Below are positions 30,519 through 40,772 of a stretch of 64,000 bases of DNA, piece after piece. The stretch covers positions 1-64,000 of the forward strand of contig JBBILD010000014.1 of NCBI GenBank assembly GCA_037445065.1. The letters run 5' to 3'. The first letter of the stretch is position 1. Every line of letters starts with the position of its first letter. Position numbers and translations under genes: made by a program. The notes below the pieces were generated by a model that searched no databases, was not told the DNA's origin, and was given only the letters and a program-made list of their open reading frames with translations. The DNA is from Myxococcales bacterium (GTDB lineage Bacteria; Desulfobacterota; Binatia; HRBIN30).

Positions 30519-31041
30519 CGCCGAACTTCACCATGACCATGCTTCGCGTCGTGCCTGAGCGAACTAGCGGGTGAGCGTTCCGCCCACGTTTCCCGATTCT
30601 GCGAGTGGGCATTTCCCGATCGGGGGCCGGATGTGTTCCCGCCCAGCGGGCGGAATCGCCGCCGCCCAGGGTGACGCATAAGCACCTGGCTCCATTCGAA
30701 TCTTCCGTTCGCCACGATCGTTCCGTTTCCGCGAGTCTGGTTGCGAGCAGAGCGCGGGGTGGTGCCGGAGCGCGGTGGGGGAGAAGTTCGTGTTCCGCAT
30801 GCGGATGATTGGGTGGCCCGTTGAACCGCGACGGGCCACGCTGGGGGCGTCGGCCGCCCGGGCGTCGAGCGGCGAGCTCCTCGGGCATGACGTTCTCTGC
30901 CGACAACAGCAAAAAGTTTTCCTTGCAACCTGCCTTGTCATATGGCTTAATGAGTGGCCGTGGGGTGGGGCGCGGGACGCAAAAGGAACGCTGTGTCGGA
31001 CGCGTTGGAGTTTTGAAAACAGCGAAACGGAGGGACGACGG

Positions 31042-33390
31042 ATGAAACGCTGCTTGATACGTACCGCTGGATTCCGATCGCCTTTTTGCGGGGTGGTCGT
31101 TTCCGTGTTGATTGGTACCCTCGTCATTCCACTCCTTGCTTTAGGAGATGATGGCGGGCTCCCATGGCCCTCTCGTTGGAATTCTGTCGGTGCTTGCGCC
31201 GAAGAGGAGGAAGAGGAGCCGGTAGGGGACAAGTCACCGAGGCGGGTAGATTTGGTCGGCGGCGCGGGGCAAGCAGCCGCGTTTTGGGCCGTAGAGCAGG
31301 GCTACGTCTTCTTCCGAGAGCGTGTCGTGCAGGAACCGTCCGGGCCTGGGGGTTTTGCGCAGTTTGTTTGGGCGGTGCTCCTGCAAACTCCGGAGGGTGA
31401 TCCTCAGCAGTACCAGTGGTTGATTTCTCTCAATGGCAAGCGAGACAAGGTCGAGCTGTGGCAAAATACACGGGGAACACCTATCAGCTTCGATCCAATC
31501 TTCCGGGACCCCGCTGAGGTCCGGGTGGCCTCGCTACCCGCCACGCAATACGCGCGCCTCGTTCCGGCGGGCACTGCGTTCGGTGGCCAGGACAACTTTT
31601 TCGTGGATTGGGCTTTTCCGATTCTATGCCGAGGGGAGAGCTCGGGAGATAGTTCGGGTTCCGGTGCATGCTTGGAGTCGCTCGGTGTCGATCCGCACAC
31701 TGCCGCGTTTTGGTTTGTCACCAGTGCCAATGCCAACAATTTCAATAAGGATTGGTTGAATTGCCCGTTCTCCCCCGGCACTGAACTGGCCATTACGAAG
31801 TCCGTGGCACCGTCGGTGATTCCGGCAGGAACGGGGAGTGCCGTCGAGTACACGGTTACGGTTCGAAACGGGGGTGTGCGGCGGGCGAACGGCATTCAAG
31901 TTTGGGATTCGGACCTTCCGGGTTGGATTACTCCGAACAGTGTCTCTTCTTCGGCAGGAAGTGCCAACTTGGCGGCGGGTGGGTTCGAGGCGTCCCTGGC
32001 CTCTTTAGAGCCAGGGGCATCTCTGACGATTCGCTTGCTGGCGACCGCTTCCCCTCTGGCCGCGTCGAGCTTCGTCAACCGTGCTTCGGCGTTTGCCGTC
32101 AATGCAGCCCAGGTGGACGCGACGGCGCAACTCGAGGCGATCGCCGAAACGTTGACCCCTTCTCCGATTGCGACGCCGACCCCTACCGGACAGAGTGGAT
32201 CGGTATCCCCGACCGCGGTAACAACCGCGATCCAACTTCCGACCCGGACGCCCACGGCAACCGCGACGATACCATCCTCGCCCTCCGCTACACCCACTGC
32301 ATCCTCTACGAACACGCAGACCTCCACTGCTACCCAAACGAGTACGCCCACGCCGACGGCTACGCGCACCTCGACTCCGCTGCCGAGCGCCACCCCAACT
32401 CCGACAACCTTGTGCGGCAACGGAGACTTGGATCCGGGTGAGAGCTGTGACGATGGGAACAACGTTGACGGAGACTGTTGTACAGGTGACTGCCGGGCCG
32501 AACCGCCCGGTGCCACGTGTGACGACGGCTTGGCTTGCACCGTCGGAGACGTATGCGACGGCTTTGGTGTGTGCCGTTCCGAACCATCCACCGGGCAGTA
32601 CGCCATCTTACGGTGGTCGAGCGCCGAACCGCTGGGCAGCTTCACGACCGTCTTAGGCCAACGATCTCTGGTTTTGGGTCACGTTTGCACAGATATCGTG
32701 CGGGCAAACGGCAGCGCGCGCGTGCTCGGAGACTTGGTGGGACTGATGACAAGCGGCAACGCGATCGTTTTCGGGAAGCGAACACAAGTAACAGGGGCGG
32801 TGGTCACCGGAGGCGGGTTTGTAGCCGGACTCGATAAGGCTCTGGTGGGGGAATTCAAAGGCGCAGACTCCCAAGGCGAAACTCCTGAAATGGTGCAGTG
32901 TGCAGACGCTCGCCAGCAAACCGCTGCGCTGCGTGGTGAACTTCTGAGTGCTGCCTCGGATCCCCAAAACAGGTTCGGAGCCGTTGTGATCAAGGCGCGT
33001 AAGATGCTTCGCTTGCCGGTCTCGGGAACGTTCGGTGCCGGTTCTGTGGTGCTGGATTTCGATGACCTCAAGATTTCTTCGAGTGGGAAACTCATCTTGG
33101 CTGCGGGACCAGAAACAGAGGAAATCGTTCTGCGCATTGCGAACCGCTTCCGGGCGGCTCGCCGGGCGAAGATCGAGCTGGAAGGGCTGCAAGCGAATCA
33201 GGTGGTCCTTTTGGTTCAGGGCCCGGTCACGATCGGTGGGAGTGCCATCGTGCGCGGCACGTTGATCGGCTCCGACCGCATTGTCATGCGCCGCCGCGCA
33301 CTTTTGGAAGGAGCGTTGTTTGGCCGCACGCTCTTGCTGAGTGGGAGTGCCCGAGTGCAGCGGGCGCCGTGGGTCGGCTGGTGTCGGTGA
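31042..33390 (+). CDS. Secreted multidomain protein: DUF11-like Ig domain, Thr/Pro linker, Cys-rich repeat, C-terminal DUF3494-like beta-solenoid
   Basis: Signal peptide; LAITKSV...VEYTVTVRNGG; TP linker; CGNGDLDPGESCDDGNNVDGDCC; GLQANQVVLLVQGPVTIGGSAIVRGTLIG; GGAGG RBS. Confidence 0.8.
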   Translation: MKRCLIRTAGFRSPFCGVVVSVLIGTLVIPLLALGDDGGLPWPSRWNSVGACAEEEEEEPVGDKSPRRVDLVGGAGQAAAFWAVEQGYVFFRERVVQEPSGPGGFAQFVWAVLLQTPEGDPQQYQWLISLNGKRDKVELWQNTRGTPISFDPIFRDPAEVRVASLPATQYARLVPAGTAFGGQDNFFVDWAFPILCRGESSGDSSGSGACLESLGVDPHTAAFWFVTSANANNFNKDWLNCPFSPGTELAITKSVAPSVIPAGTGSAVEYTVTVRNGGVRRANGIQVWDSDLPGWITPNSVSSSAGSANLAAGGFEASLASLEPGASLTIRLLATASPLAASSFVNRASAFAVNAAQVDATAQLEAIAETLTPSPIATPTPTGQSGSVSPTAVTTAIQLPTRTPTATATIPSSPSATPTASSTNTQTSTATQTSTPTPTATRTSTPLPSATPTPTTLCGNGDLDPGESCDDGNNVDGDCCTGDCRAEPPGATCDDGLACTVGDVCDGFGVCRSEPSTGQYAILRWSSAEPLGSFTTVLGQRSLVLGHVCTDIVRANGSARVLGDLVGLMTSGNAIVFGKRTQVTGAVVTGGGFVAGLDKALVGEFKGADSQGETPEMVQCADARQQTAALRGELLSAASDPQNRFGAVVIKARKMLRLPVSGTFGAGSVVLDFDDLKISSSGKLILAAGPETEEIVLRIANRFRAARRAKIELEGLQANQVVLLVQGPVTIGGSAIVRGTLIGSDRIVMRRRALLEGALFGRTLLLSGSARVQRAPWVGWCR

Positions 33391-33634
33391 TCTGATCCTG
33401 GCCAGGGCGCACTGGCGCCGGCTGCATCGTGGCGAGGTGGAAGCTACAGACCCTCGGAGGGGTGGGTTTCGATTCGTCCAGACCTGGCTGTGCTCGACGA
33501 ACCTTCCGAGGGGCCTAGTAGAGAAACCTGCGTCGTCGCTCCTTGACTTTGGCGTCGGGAAGGCGGACGAGGCGGGCCTTGTTCCACGCTCGTGCCCGGA
33601 GGCATCGAGTGAGCCGGATCAGTGGGAGCAGTAC

Positions 33635-36600
33635 TTAACGCCGTGAATGCAGGCGGTAATACACGAGCGGTACGACCCCGAGCGTAAAGAGTGTGGAGGC
33701 GCTGATCCCAAAGATGAAGCTCCAGGCCAGTCCGGAAAAGATGGGATCGAGAGTGATGACAATCGAGCCGAACATCGCTGCTCCCGCCGTGAGAAAAATC
33801 GGCCGCAGGCGTGTAGCCCCTGCTTCGATGATGGTTTCGGCCAGAGGCTTTTCCGGTGCTTGCGCCTGGATGTGCTGGATAAAGTCGATCAAAATGATCG
33901 AGTTACGCACCACGATACCAGCGAGCGCAATCATGCCGATCATCCCCGTAGCGGTGAAAAAAATCGGGTTGGGGTAATCGCCCACCGGGCTAGTGAACAG
34001 CAGGTTCAGGAGCCAAAAGCCGGGCATGATCCCGATGAGGGTCAGAGGGATGGCGATCATAATGACCAGAGGGAGGACCAGTGACTGGGTTTGCGCCACA
34101 AGCAGGACGTAAATCATGATCAGTGCGGCGCCAAAGGCGAGCCCTAAGTCACGGAAAACGTCCACCGTGATTTTCCACTCGCCTTCGCCGGCGAGTTCTA
34201 CATGATACCCTGGAGGTAGCGGCGAGCCGGCAAGCCATTTGTGGAGATCGAGCACGGCTTCAACGGGACTTCTGCCAGCCATTTCGCCGATCACGTACTG
34301 CAGTCTTCGTAAGTTCTTGTGAAAGATCGTTGCCTCCCCGTGGCTCTCCTGGACTTCGACCAACTCGCCCAACGGAATCAGTGCCCCCGTCTGAGTCCGC
34401 ACAGGGAGGGATCGCAACTCTACAAGCGACGTTCGCTGCGGCCGAGGTACGCGGAGTTCAACGAGGAGGGGGACGCGTTCGTTCTCTTCTTGGACTCGCC
34501 CGACGGGTACCCCGCGCACCGCGCCCTCGAGCGTGCGAGCAATCTGCTCGACGCTTACTCCGGTGAGCGCGGCTTTTTCTCGCAGCACGTGCAGCACGAT
34601 CTTTTCGTGATGCGCTTCCGCGAAATCGTCCACGTCAACCACACCGGTTGTGCGCTCCATGACGGCACGGACCTGCTTTGCCACAGCTGTCAGCTCCGCG
34701 TTACTCGCGTCGAGAGGGCCGTACACCTCGGCAACCAGCGTCGCGATTACCGGGGGGCCCGGCGGCACTTCGACGATCTTGACGTTCGCGCCATACTGCC
34801 GCGCGATACGCTCCACCTGGGGGCGAATGCGCAGCGCGATCTCGTGTGATTGTTGCTGGCGTTCCTCCTTCGGAAGAAGAGAAATGCGTATGTCTGCGAG
34901 GTGACTCCCCAGCCTGAGATAATAGTGCCGCACCATGCCGTTGAAGTCCATTGGCGAGGGAACCCCAACGTAGGTGGTATACTCAGTCACTTCGGGAACG
35001 GTTGCCAAATAGGCGCCCAGAGCACGGGCGACCGCATCTGTGGTCTCGAGGGTAGAACCGCGCGGCATGTCAATCACCAGCGCAAGTTCGTTTTTGTTGT
35101 CGAAAGGCAGCATCTTCAGTGGCACGAGCCGCGTTGTCGCCAGCAACGCCGACGCTAGGAAGGCAACCGCAACGGCGCTTAGAAACCAGGTGCCTTTTCG
35201 GGGCTCGGTGAGGAGTGGGAGCAGCAGCCTGCGATACCACCGGTACGTGCGCGTTGTGGTGATCTCGAAGGGGGCCTCGTGGCCTTTGCCATATTCAGTT
35301 TTCAAAAGATGGTAACTGGCCCACGGCGTTACGGTGAAAGCGACCACCAAGGAGATCAGCATCGCGACGGGTACGTTAAACGCCATCGGCGCCATGTACG
35401 GCCCCATCATGCCGGTGATGAAAAACATCGGGAGAAAGGACACGATGACGGTGAACGTGGCGAGGATCACCGGCGGACGGACCTCATCCACCGCAGTCAG
35501 CGTCGCCTGGAAGGGTGGTTCGCGGCGGAGTTGAAAGTGGCGGTATATGTTCTCGACGTCAACGATCGGGTCGTCGACGAGCAGTCCCAGCGAGAGGATC
35601 AGGGCAAAAAGGGTGACGCGGTTGATCGTGTATCCGAAAATCCAGTCGAGCACGAGAGTGAGCGCGAGCGTCATGGGCACGGCGAGCGCCACGATCAGCG
35701 ACTCTTTCGGCCCCAGTGCGATGGCCAGTAGGACCAGGATCGTTGCCACCGCGATGAAGAGGTGTTTGACCAACTCGTTGACTTTGTGATCGGCAGTCTC
35801 GCCGTAGTTGCGCGTTACGGTGACAACAACGTCGTCGGGCAATAAGATCCCACGCTGAGATTTGACCGCTTCGATAAGCTGCTCCGCAACTCGGACCGCG
35901 TTGGTTCCCTTGCGCTTTGCGACCGCGATGGTCACCGCATCGCACTCAAAGCCCCCCTCTCCTTGGCACCAAGACTCCCTTGGTTGCTCCATCAGATGGC
36001 TGGGAAGCCACAGGTGGTGGGCGTTCTCAAAAGCCGGCCCAAAGCCGATGCGAGTGTACGACTCGATTTCGGCGGGCCCATCGACCACCCGCGCAACGTT
36101 GCGCAACAGGATCGGCCGTCCGTCCGTGGCGCTCAGCACGGTGTTCTCCACCTCCGCGCGGGAGCGGAAGAACGGTCCCACCTCCAAGAGCACGTCGCGA
36201 TTGCCGCGCTCGAAGCGACCGGCGTGCACGTTCATGTTTGCAGCTTGAAGGCCCCTCACCACCTCGAGCAGGGTCAGCCCATGTGCCGCCAGCCGCGCTG
36301 GCTCGACGAAAACCGACAACCGCCGCGGCTCGCCTCCGACGACGGCACTGCGCCCCGTGTCCGGCACCCGAGTGAGTTTGTCGAGCAGTTCGTCGGCTAG
36401 GCGGCGAAGTTGTGCACTGTCGTAGCGGTTGCCCGGCGACCACAAGGTGAAGAGCACAATCGGCACGTCGTCGATTTCGACCGGCTTGACGATCCAGCTC
36501 GTCACACCTGGAGGCATCGCGTCCTGGTTGGACATGAGCTTGTTCCACACCTTCACCAAGCTGCGTTCGCGGTCCTCGCCGACGTAAAAGCGAACTGTGG

Positions 36601-36904
36601 CGATTGCCTCTCCCGGACGAGACATCGAGTACACGTACTCGACCCCATCGATCTCCCACAGCTTCGATTCCAAGGGGGTCGAGACGAGCTTCTCTACCTC
36701 TTCCGCCGTGGCCCCACGGAAGCGGACGAAGACATCCGCAAAAGGAACCACGATTTGTGGTTCCTCTTCGCGAGGGGTTACCAGAAGCGCCATGCCTCCG
36801 GCCAGCAAGGATGCGAGAAAGAACAGCGGAGAGAGATGGCCGCTAAGGAATTTCTCGACAATCCGAGCGGTCAGCTTCCTGCGCGCAGACCCATCAGCCT
36901 TCAT
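33635..36904 (-). CDS. RND efflux permease (AcrB/CzcA family)
   Basis: TPREEEPQI, LGLLVDDPIVDVENI, GIVVRNSIILIDF and RLRPIFLTA. Confidence 0.93.
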   Translation of the reverse strand: MKADGSARRKLTARIVEKFLSGHLSPLFFLASLLAGGMALLVTPREEEPQIVVPFADVFVRFRGATAEEVEKLVSTPLESKLWEIDGVEYVYSMSRPGEAIATVRFYVGEDRERSLVKVWNKLMSNQDAMPPGVTSWIVKPVEIDDVPIVLFTLWSPGNRYDSAQLRRLADELLDKLTRVPDTGRSAVVGGEPRRLSVFVEPARLAAHGLTLLEVVRGLQAANMNVHAGRFERGNRDVLLEVGPFFRSRAEVENTVLSATDGRPILLRNVARVVDGPAEIESYTRIGFGPAFENAHHLWLPSHLMEQPRESWCQGEGGFECDAVTIAVAKRKGTNAVRVAEQLIEAVKSQRGILLPDDVVVTVTRNYGETADHKVNELVKHLFIAVATILVLLAIALGPKESLIVALAVPMTLALTLVLDWIFGYTINRVTLFALILSLGLLVDDPIVDVENIYRHFQLRREPPFQATLTAVDEVRPPVILATFTVIVSFLPMFFITGMMGPYMAPMAFNVPVAMLISLVVAFTVTPWASYHLLKTEYGKGHEAPFEITTTRTYRWYRRLLLPLLTEPRKGTWFLSAVAVAFLASALLATTRLVPLKMLPFDNKNELALVIDMPRGSTLETTDAVARALGAYLATVPEVTEYTTYVGVPSPMDFNGMVRHYYLRLGSHLADIRISLLPKEERQQQSHEIALRIRPQVERIARQYGANVKIVEVPPGPPVIATLVAEVYGPLDASNAELTAVAKQVRAVMERTTGVVDVDDFAEAHHEKIVLHVLREKAALTGVSVEQIARTLEGAVRGVPVGRVQEENERVPLLVELRVPRPQRTSLVELRSLPVRTQTGALIPLGELVEVQESHGEATIFHKNLRRLQYVIGEMAGRSPVEAVLDLHKWLAGSPLPPGYHVELAGEGEWKITVDVFRDLGLAFGAALIMIYVLLVAQTQSLVLPLVIMIAIPLTLIGIMPGFWLLNLLFTSPVGDYPNPIFFTATGMIGMIALAGIVVRNSIILIDFIQHIQAQAPEKPLAETIIEAGATRLRPIFLTAGAAMFGSIVITLDPIFSGLAWSFIFGISASTLFTLGVVPLVYYRLHSRR

Positions 36905-37997
36905 GCTGTTCACCGTTTCGTCGGAGAGGAAGGTACACTTCGGTCCCGGGCTCGAGGCCGGAGAGTACCTCGAGCCAATCACCGTACTGCTTCCCTGTCC
37001 GCACCAGACGCAGTACCGCTCTTGAATTTTCCCGTACGTAGACCATCTCGAGCTGACCGCGGCGAACGACAGCGCCGGCCGGAACGAGGGTTGCGATGCG
37101 CGTACCTACTGGCACCTCGAGCGTGCCGTACGCACCTGGAAGCAGCTTGGCCTCCTGGGGAAGCGACAGCTTGATCAGAATCGTTCGCGTGCTCGGCTCT
37201 GCCCGCGGGGCAATTTCTTCGATCTGCCCGTCTAACTGGAGCGGTGGGTTGTGAATGCGAATGGTGAGCTTGTCGGCCACCCGTAACCTTGCCCCAGCGC
37301 CCTCGGCAACGTGTGCTTCGAAGCGAAGAGCGCTGGGGTCGTGCACAATGACAAGCGGTCGGCCTGGTGTGGCGAGGTCCCCGGGGTCCACGAATCGGGC
37401 GGCAACGACTCCCGAAAACGGTGCGAGCACCTGCGTGTCGGCAAGCACGGATTCAGCCTCGGCAAGGGCTTGCCGGGCACGGCCTCTGGCTGCCTCCGCG
37501 GCACGCGCGCGTGCCTCGGCAGCATCGCGCTCCTGCTTGGTTGCCGCTTCGCGCTCGAATAACGCGCGAATGCGCCGGAGCTCTATGTGTGCGTGCTGTG
37601 CTTCGGCCTCGGCCGCGGCGAGGGCTGCCCGCGCCTGGTCCGCCCTGGCGCGGATCTCGCGGTCGTCGAGGCGAACGAGGACTTGTCCGCGCTCGACTGG
37701 GTCCCCCAACTGTACGCCAACGTCTTCGACTCTCGCGATCACCTTGGCGGCTACGTGGCCAACGAGGCGCGAACTCACCGCACCAGGCCAAGAGACGGTT
37801 TCTACGACTGGCCGCTGTTCGACTTTGCTGACTGTACCCTCGATAACCCAGGCCGGTGCAGGCACAGAGCCAGGTTTGACTTTGTGGAAGTCCAGCGTCC
37901 CCGAGAGGTACAACAGGATTCCTATGAGGCTCGCGACCGCCGCCAATGTGGCCAGCGAGCGAGGAGACCAAAGCGAGATTGCGGTTCGTTCGCTCAT
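36894..37997 (-). CDS. RND periplasmic adaptor subunit
   Basis: N-terminal anchor, GDPVERGQVLVRLD, an Ala-rich hairpin and VLAPFSGVV. Confidence 0.92.
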   Translation of the reverse strand: MSERTAISLWSPRSLATLAAVASLIGILLYLSGTLDFHKVKPGSVPAPAWVIEGTVSKVEQRPVVETVSWPGAVSSRLVGHVAAKVIARVEDVGVQLGDPVERGQVLVRLDDREIRARADQARAALAAAEAEAQHAHIELRRIRALFEREAATKQERDAAEARARAAEAARGRARQALAEAESVLADTQVLAPFSGVVAARFVDPGDLATPGRPLVIVHDPSALRFEAHVAEGAGARLRVADKLTIRIHNPPLQLDGQIEEIAPRAEPSTRTILIKLSLPQEAKLLPGAYGTLEVPVGTRIATLVPAGAVVRRGQLEMVYVRENSRAVLRLVRTGKQYGDWLEVLSGLEPGTEVYLPLRRNGEQHEG

Positions 37998-39352
37998 GGG
38001 TGCTTACCCTCCTCTGCCCACTCTCCCATCGCTTTGCGCAGCGCCACCTCAGCGCGGCGGGCGTCGAAGCGGGCAGTCACGAACCGGGCACGGGCCTCCG
38101 TGCGGGCGGCTTCAGCTTCGAGGTATCTTGTGACCGTAACCACACCTTCCCGGTATTGCTCGTTGACGAGTCGCAACGCTTCCTCGGCGGCATCCAAGGC
38201 TACCCGTGAGACTTGCTCGCGTTCTTGCGTTTCTCGCCAGTCCAGATACGAGCGGTGGAGTTCGAGCTCGATAGCGAGTCGTGCCTTCTCGAGGTTCTCG
38301 CGAGCCTCTGCGAGCTTTTCTTGTGCGGCCCGAACTCGAGCAGTGGTTCGGAAGCCATTGAATAGGTCCCACTCCGCAGTTGCGCCGAAGAACCAGTTGT
38401 AGCGGCTTCGCGAAAGGTCGAGGTTGGTTGCATTTTGGCCGTAGGATCCCACTAAATCCACCCTGGGTAGAAGTGCAGCCTGCTCGGCGCGGAGCTCCGC
38501 TTCCCGGGCTGCAACCATCTCGCGGGCTGTACGCAACTCCGGGCGCATGGTTGCAGCGCGCGCCAGCGCCTCATCGAAGGTCACATCCAGAGATTGTGTT
38601 GCGGGCGCGGGGGGGATTACCTCCAGTGGTGCGCCGGCCGGAAAGGCCAGGATCGTGCGCAAGCTTGCCCGTGCCAGCTCCGTTGCATTGAGGGCTCGCA
38701 GTTTTGCCTCCTGAGCCGCGGCCAGGCGCGCTTCCAATGACAACACATCGGAGCGGAGTGCAACGCCTTCCGCACTGCGGCTTCGTGTCAGCCTTAAGGT
38801 GCTCTCGATGGCGGTCGCCGAGGCGTTGGCCGTTTCCACATGTTCAGGGGCGGACAGCAACGCCAAATAGGCCGCGGCTGCCATGTCTACCAAGGCATTC
38901 CGGGTCGCGGCAGCTTCTCCTTGCGACGCATACAGTAGGTGCCGAGCAGCACGAGCGCGGAAGTAATCTTGCCCCCCGCGAAAGAGGGGTAGCGTTGCGT
39001 TGATTTCGGGGCGGACGTCGTCGGTGGGACCAGGCCGGTTGATGTTTTGCCCAAACGCGAACCGCCGCTGAGCGACAATCATGGCGAATGCCTGCGCGGG
39101 GTTGTCCGTGCGGCTGTACTGCAGGCGAAGGCCAAGGTGCGGGTAAAAGGCGGCAAATGCCTCCTCGAGCCGCGCTTGCGCCTCGTCGATCCTGTGGGTC
39201 GCCGCGCGAAGGTCTGGGTTGCGCTGCAGGGCGAGGGCAATCACGGTCGCAAGATCGTAGGGCTCCTCCCCCCGTGCAAAAGTCGGCAAAGCGAGCGCCA
39301 GGCAGCAAACCAGCCACCGCAGAAGACGAGCAAATTGCATGGAGCGGCTCAT
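37994..39352 (-). CDS. TolC-family outer membrane protein
   Basis: Signal peptide, ALQRNPDL, LPLFRGG and WDLFNGF duplicated OEP halves. Confidence 0.9.
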   Translation of the reverse strand: MSRSMQFARLLRWLVCCLALALPTFARGEEPYDLATVIALALQRNPDLRAATHRIDEAQARLEEAFAAFYPHLGLRLQYSRTDNPAQAFAMIVAQRRFAFGQNINRPGPTDDVRPEINATLPLFRGGQDYFRARAARHLLYASQGEAAATRNALVDMAAAAYLALLSAPEHVETANASATAIESTLRLTRSRSAEGVALRSDVLSLEARLAAAQEAKLRALNATELARASLRTILAFPAGAPLEVIPPAPATQSLDVTFDEALARAATMRPELRTAREMVAAREAELRAEQAALLPRVDLVGSYGQNATNLDLSRSRYNWFFGATAEWDLFNGFRTTARVRAAQEKLAEARENLEKARLAIELELHRSYLDWRETQEREQVSRVALDAAEEALRLVNEQYREGVVTVTRYLEAEAARTEARARFVTARFDARRAEVALRKAMGEWAEEGKHP

Positions 39353-39534
39353 TTGGTTCCGAGTTTGCGCAGGACCTTCTCAGCCGGGCAAAACCCCGTG
39401 AAGGCGGACTGAATGAGGTTGAGCGAAACAAAAGCGGCGAGCAGAAACCAAGCTGGGTGCACGAAGTAGCCCAACGCCAGACTGACTCCTACGAGAGTAC
39501 CGGCGAGTAGTCGCACGCCTCGTTCCGTTGTCAT
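39349..39534 (-). CDS. DUF2892 (YgaP-like) small membrane protein
   Basis: ERGVRLLAG...FVSLNLIQSAFTGFCP; GGAGG RBS; first gene of the overlapping RND operon. Confidence 0.88.
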   Translation of the reverse strand: MTTERGVRLLAGTLVGVSLALGYFVHPAWFLLAAFVSLNLIQSAFTGFCPAEKVLRKLGTK

Positions 39535-39836
39535 GTCATCCTCCTTTGCTTTTTGCTCCGTCTCGTTAGAGCCGGTGAGCGGAAAAAAGGTTTCACTCCA
39601 GTTCCCCCATTCTTCTCCCAAAGGCAGTTCGCTTTTGCGCGGACCGGCGCTGGGAAGCAAGGAACGGTACGTCCCGCTTTCGGTCAGAGCAGGGCCAAAA
39701 CCAATCCGCACAGGGAGGCATCGTGGGCGGGCGTGCGCCTTAGGTCGCGAGGCGGGCCGGCCACGGCTCCCCCGAAAAACAGCGATTGCGCCTGCCGGTT
39801 CATTGGCGTAGAACAGCGGGCGCGGGCAATGCAGTG

Positions 39837-40769
39837 ATGGGAAGACCCGTTTGCAAAGTGTTGGGTTGGTTGGTGGGAAGTTGGGCGTTGGCCTTTTGGG
39901 CCGGGCTTGCCCTTGCCGCCTCAGGTCCGCCCGTTCAGCGCGTTCCTGCAGCCTTGCTGATGTTCCCGTACATTGAATCCGGTGGAGGGCGGGAGACTCG
40001 GATTGAACTAACCAACCTCAGCGGCTTCCCGATTCAGTTGGACTGTTTTTACGTGAGCGCCGAGAGCACGACCTGCACGGAGATTGGTTTTGTTTTGGCA
40101 CTCACCCCGTATCAGCCGTTCACTTGGCTTGCCAGCGAAGGCATGAGTAACGTGGTGAACGGGACGGCAGCGCCGCCCTTCGGAGGTACCGGGGAACTCA
40201 AGTGCGCGGTGGTGCCGCCGGAACCTGACCAGGCCTTGTACAACGTGGTTCAGGGTCGCGCGACGGTGTACGCGGACAATGGCGAGACGGTTTCGTACAC
40301 TGCGTACGGTTTTCAGCGTTTTACGGGCGGGGAGTACGATGGGGTCCTGCGGCTCGATGGCCAGCAGTACGCACAGTGCCCGGACCGCCTCCAGTTCTTG
40401 GTACTCACCGACACTCCAGCCGGGCGCAGCGAGCTGATCTTACTACCCTGTTCGCAGGACTTGTTGCTGCAGTCCTTCGCGTCGGTTACGGCCCAACTGC
40501 TGATTACCAATGAGTACGGGCAGACTCTGTCCAGTTCTTACAGCGTGGGTTGCTTTTCCAGGCGCTTTTTAGGGGACATTGCGGATTTCCTGAACCGCGC
40601 CACAGCGGGTACCGACACCGCTCGCATCACCGTGCGCGGGGTGCGTGAACCTCTGATTGGGTTGGTCATTGACGCAGTTCCTTCTGGAGCGTCCTTCGGT
40701 TTGGCGGGCAACGAGCCGTTTTTCCAAGGAGGTCGGTCGGCCACCATTACCGTGCCGCGTACCCAGTAA
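39837..40769 (+). CDS. Secreted Cys-containing hypothetical protein (paralog A)
   Basis: Signal ending ALA; colinear similarity with the C-terminal part of the next gene. Confidence 0.8.
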   Translation: MGRPVCKVLGWLVGSWALAFWAGLALAASGPPVQRVPAALLMFPYIESGGGRETRIELTNLSGFPIQLDCFYVSAESTTCTEIGFVLALTPYQPFTWLASEGMSNVVNGTAAPPFGGTGELKCAVVPPEPDQALYNVVQGRATVYADNGETVSYTAYGFQRFTGGEYDGVLRLDGQQYAQCPDRLQFLVLTDTPAGRSELILLPCSQDLLLQSFASVTAQLLITNEYGQTLSSSYSVGCFSRRFLGDIADFLNRATAGTDTARITVRGVREPLIGLVIDAVPSGASFGLAGNEPFFQGGRSATITVPRTQ

Positions 40770-40772
40770 ATC

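Noticed and set aside
30974..30984. c-di-GMP-I riboswitch suggested by GGGACGCAAA
   Set aside because: The upstream GGCAAACC...GAAA stem and the downstream pairing are missing.
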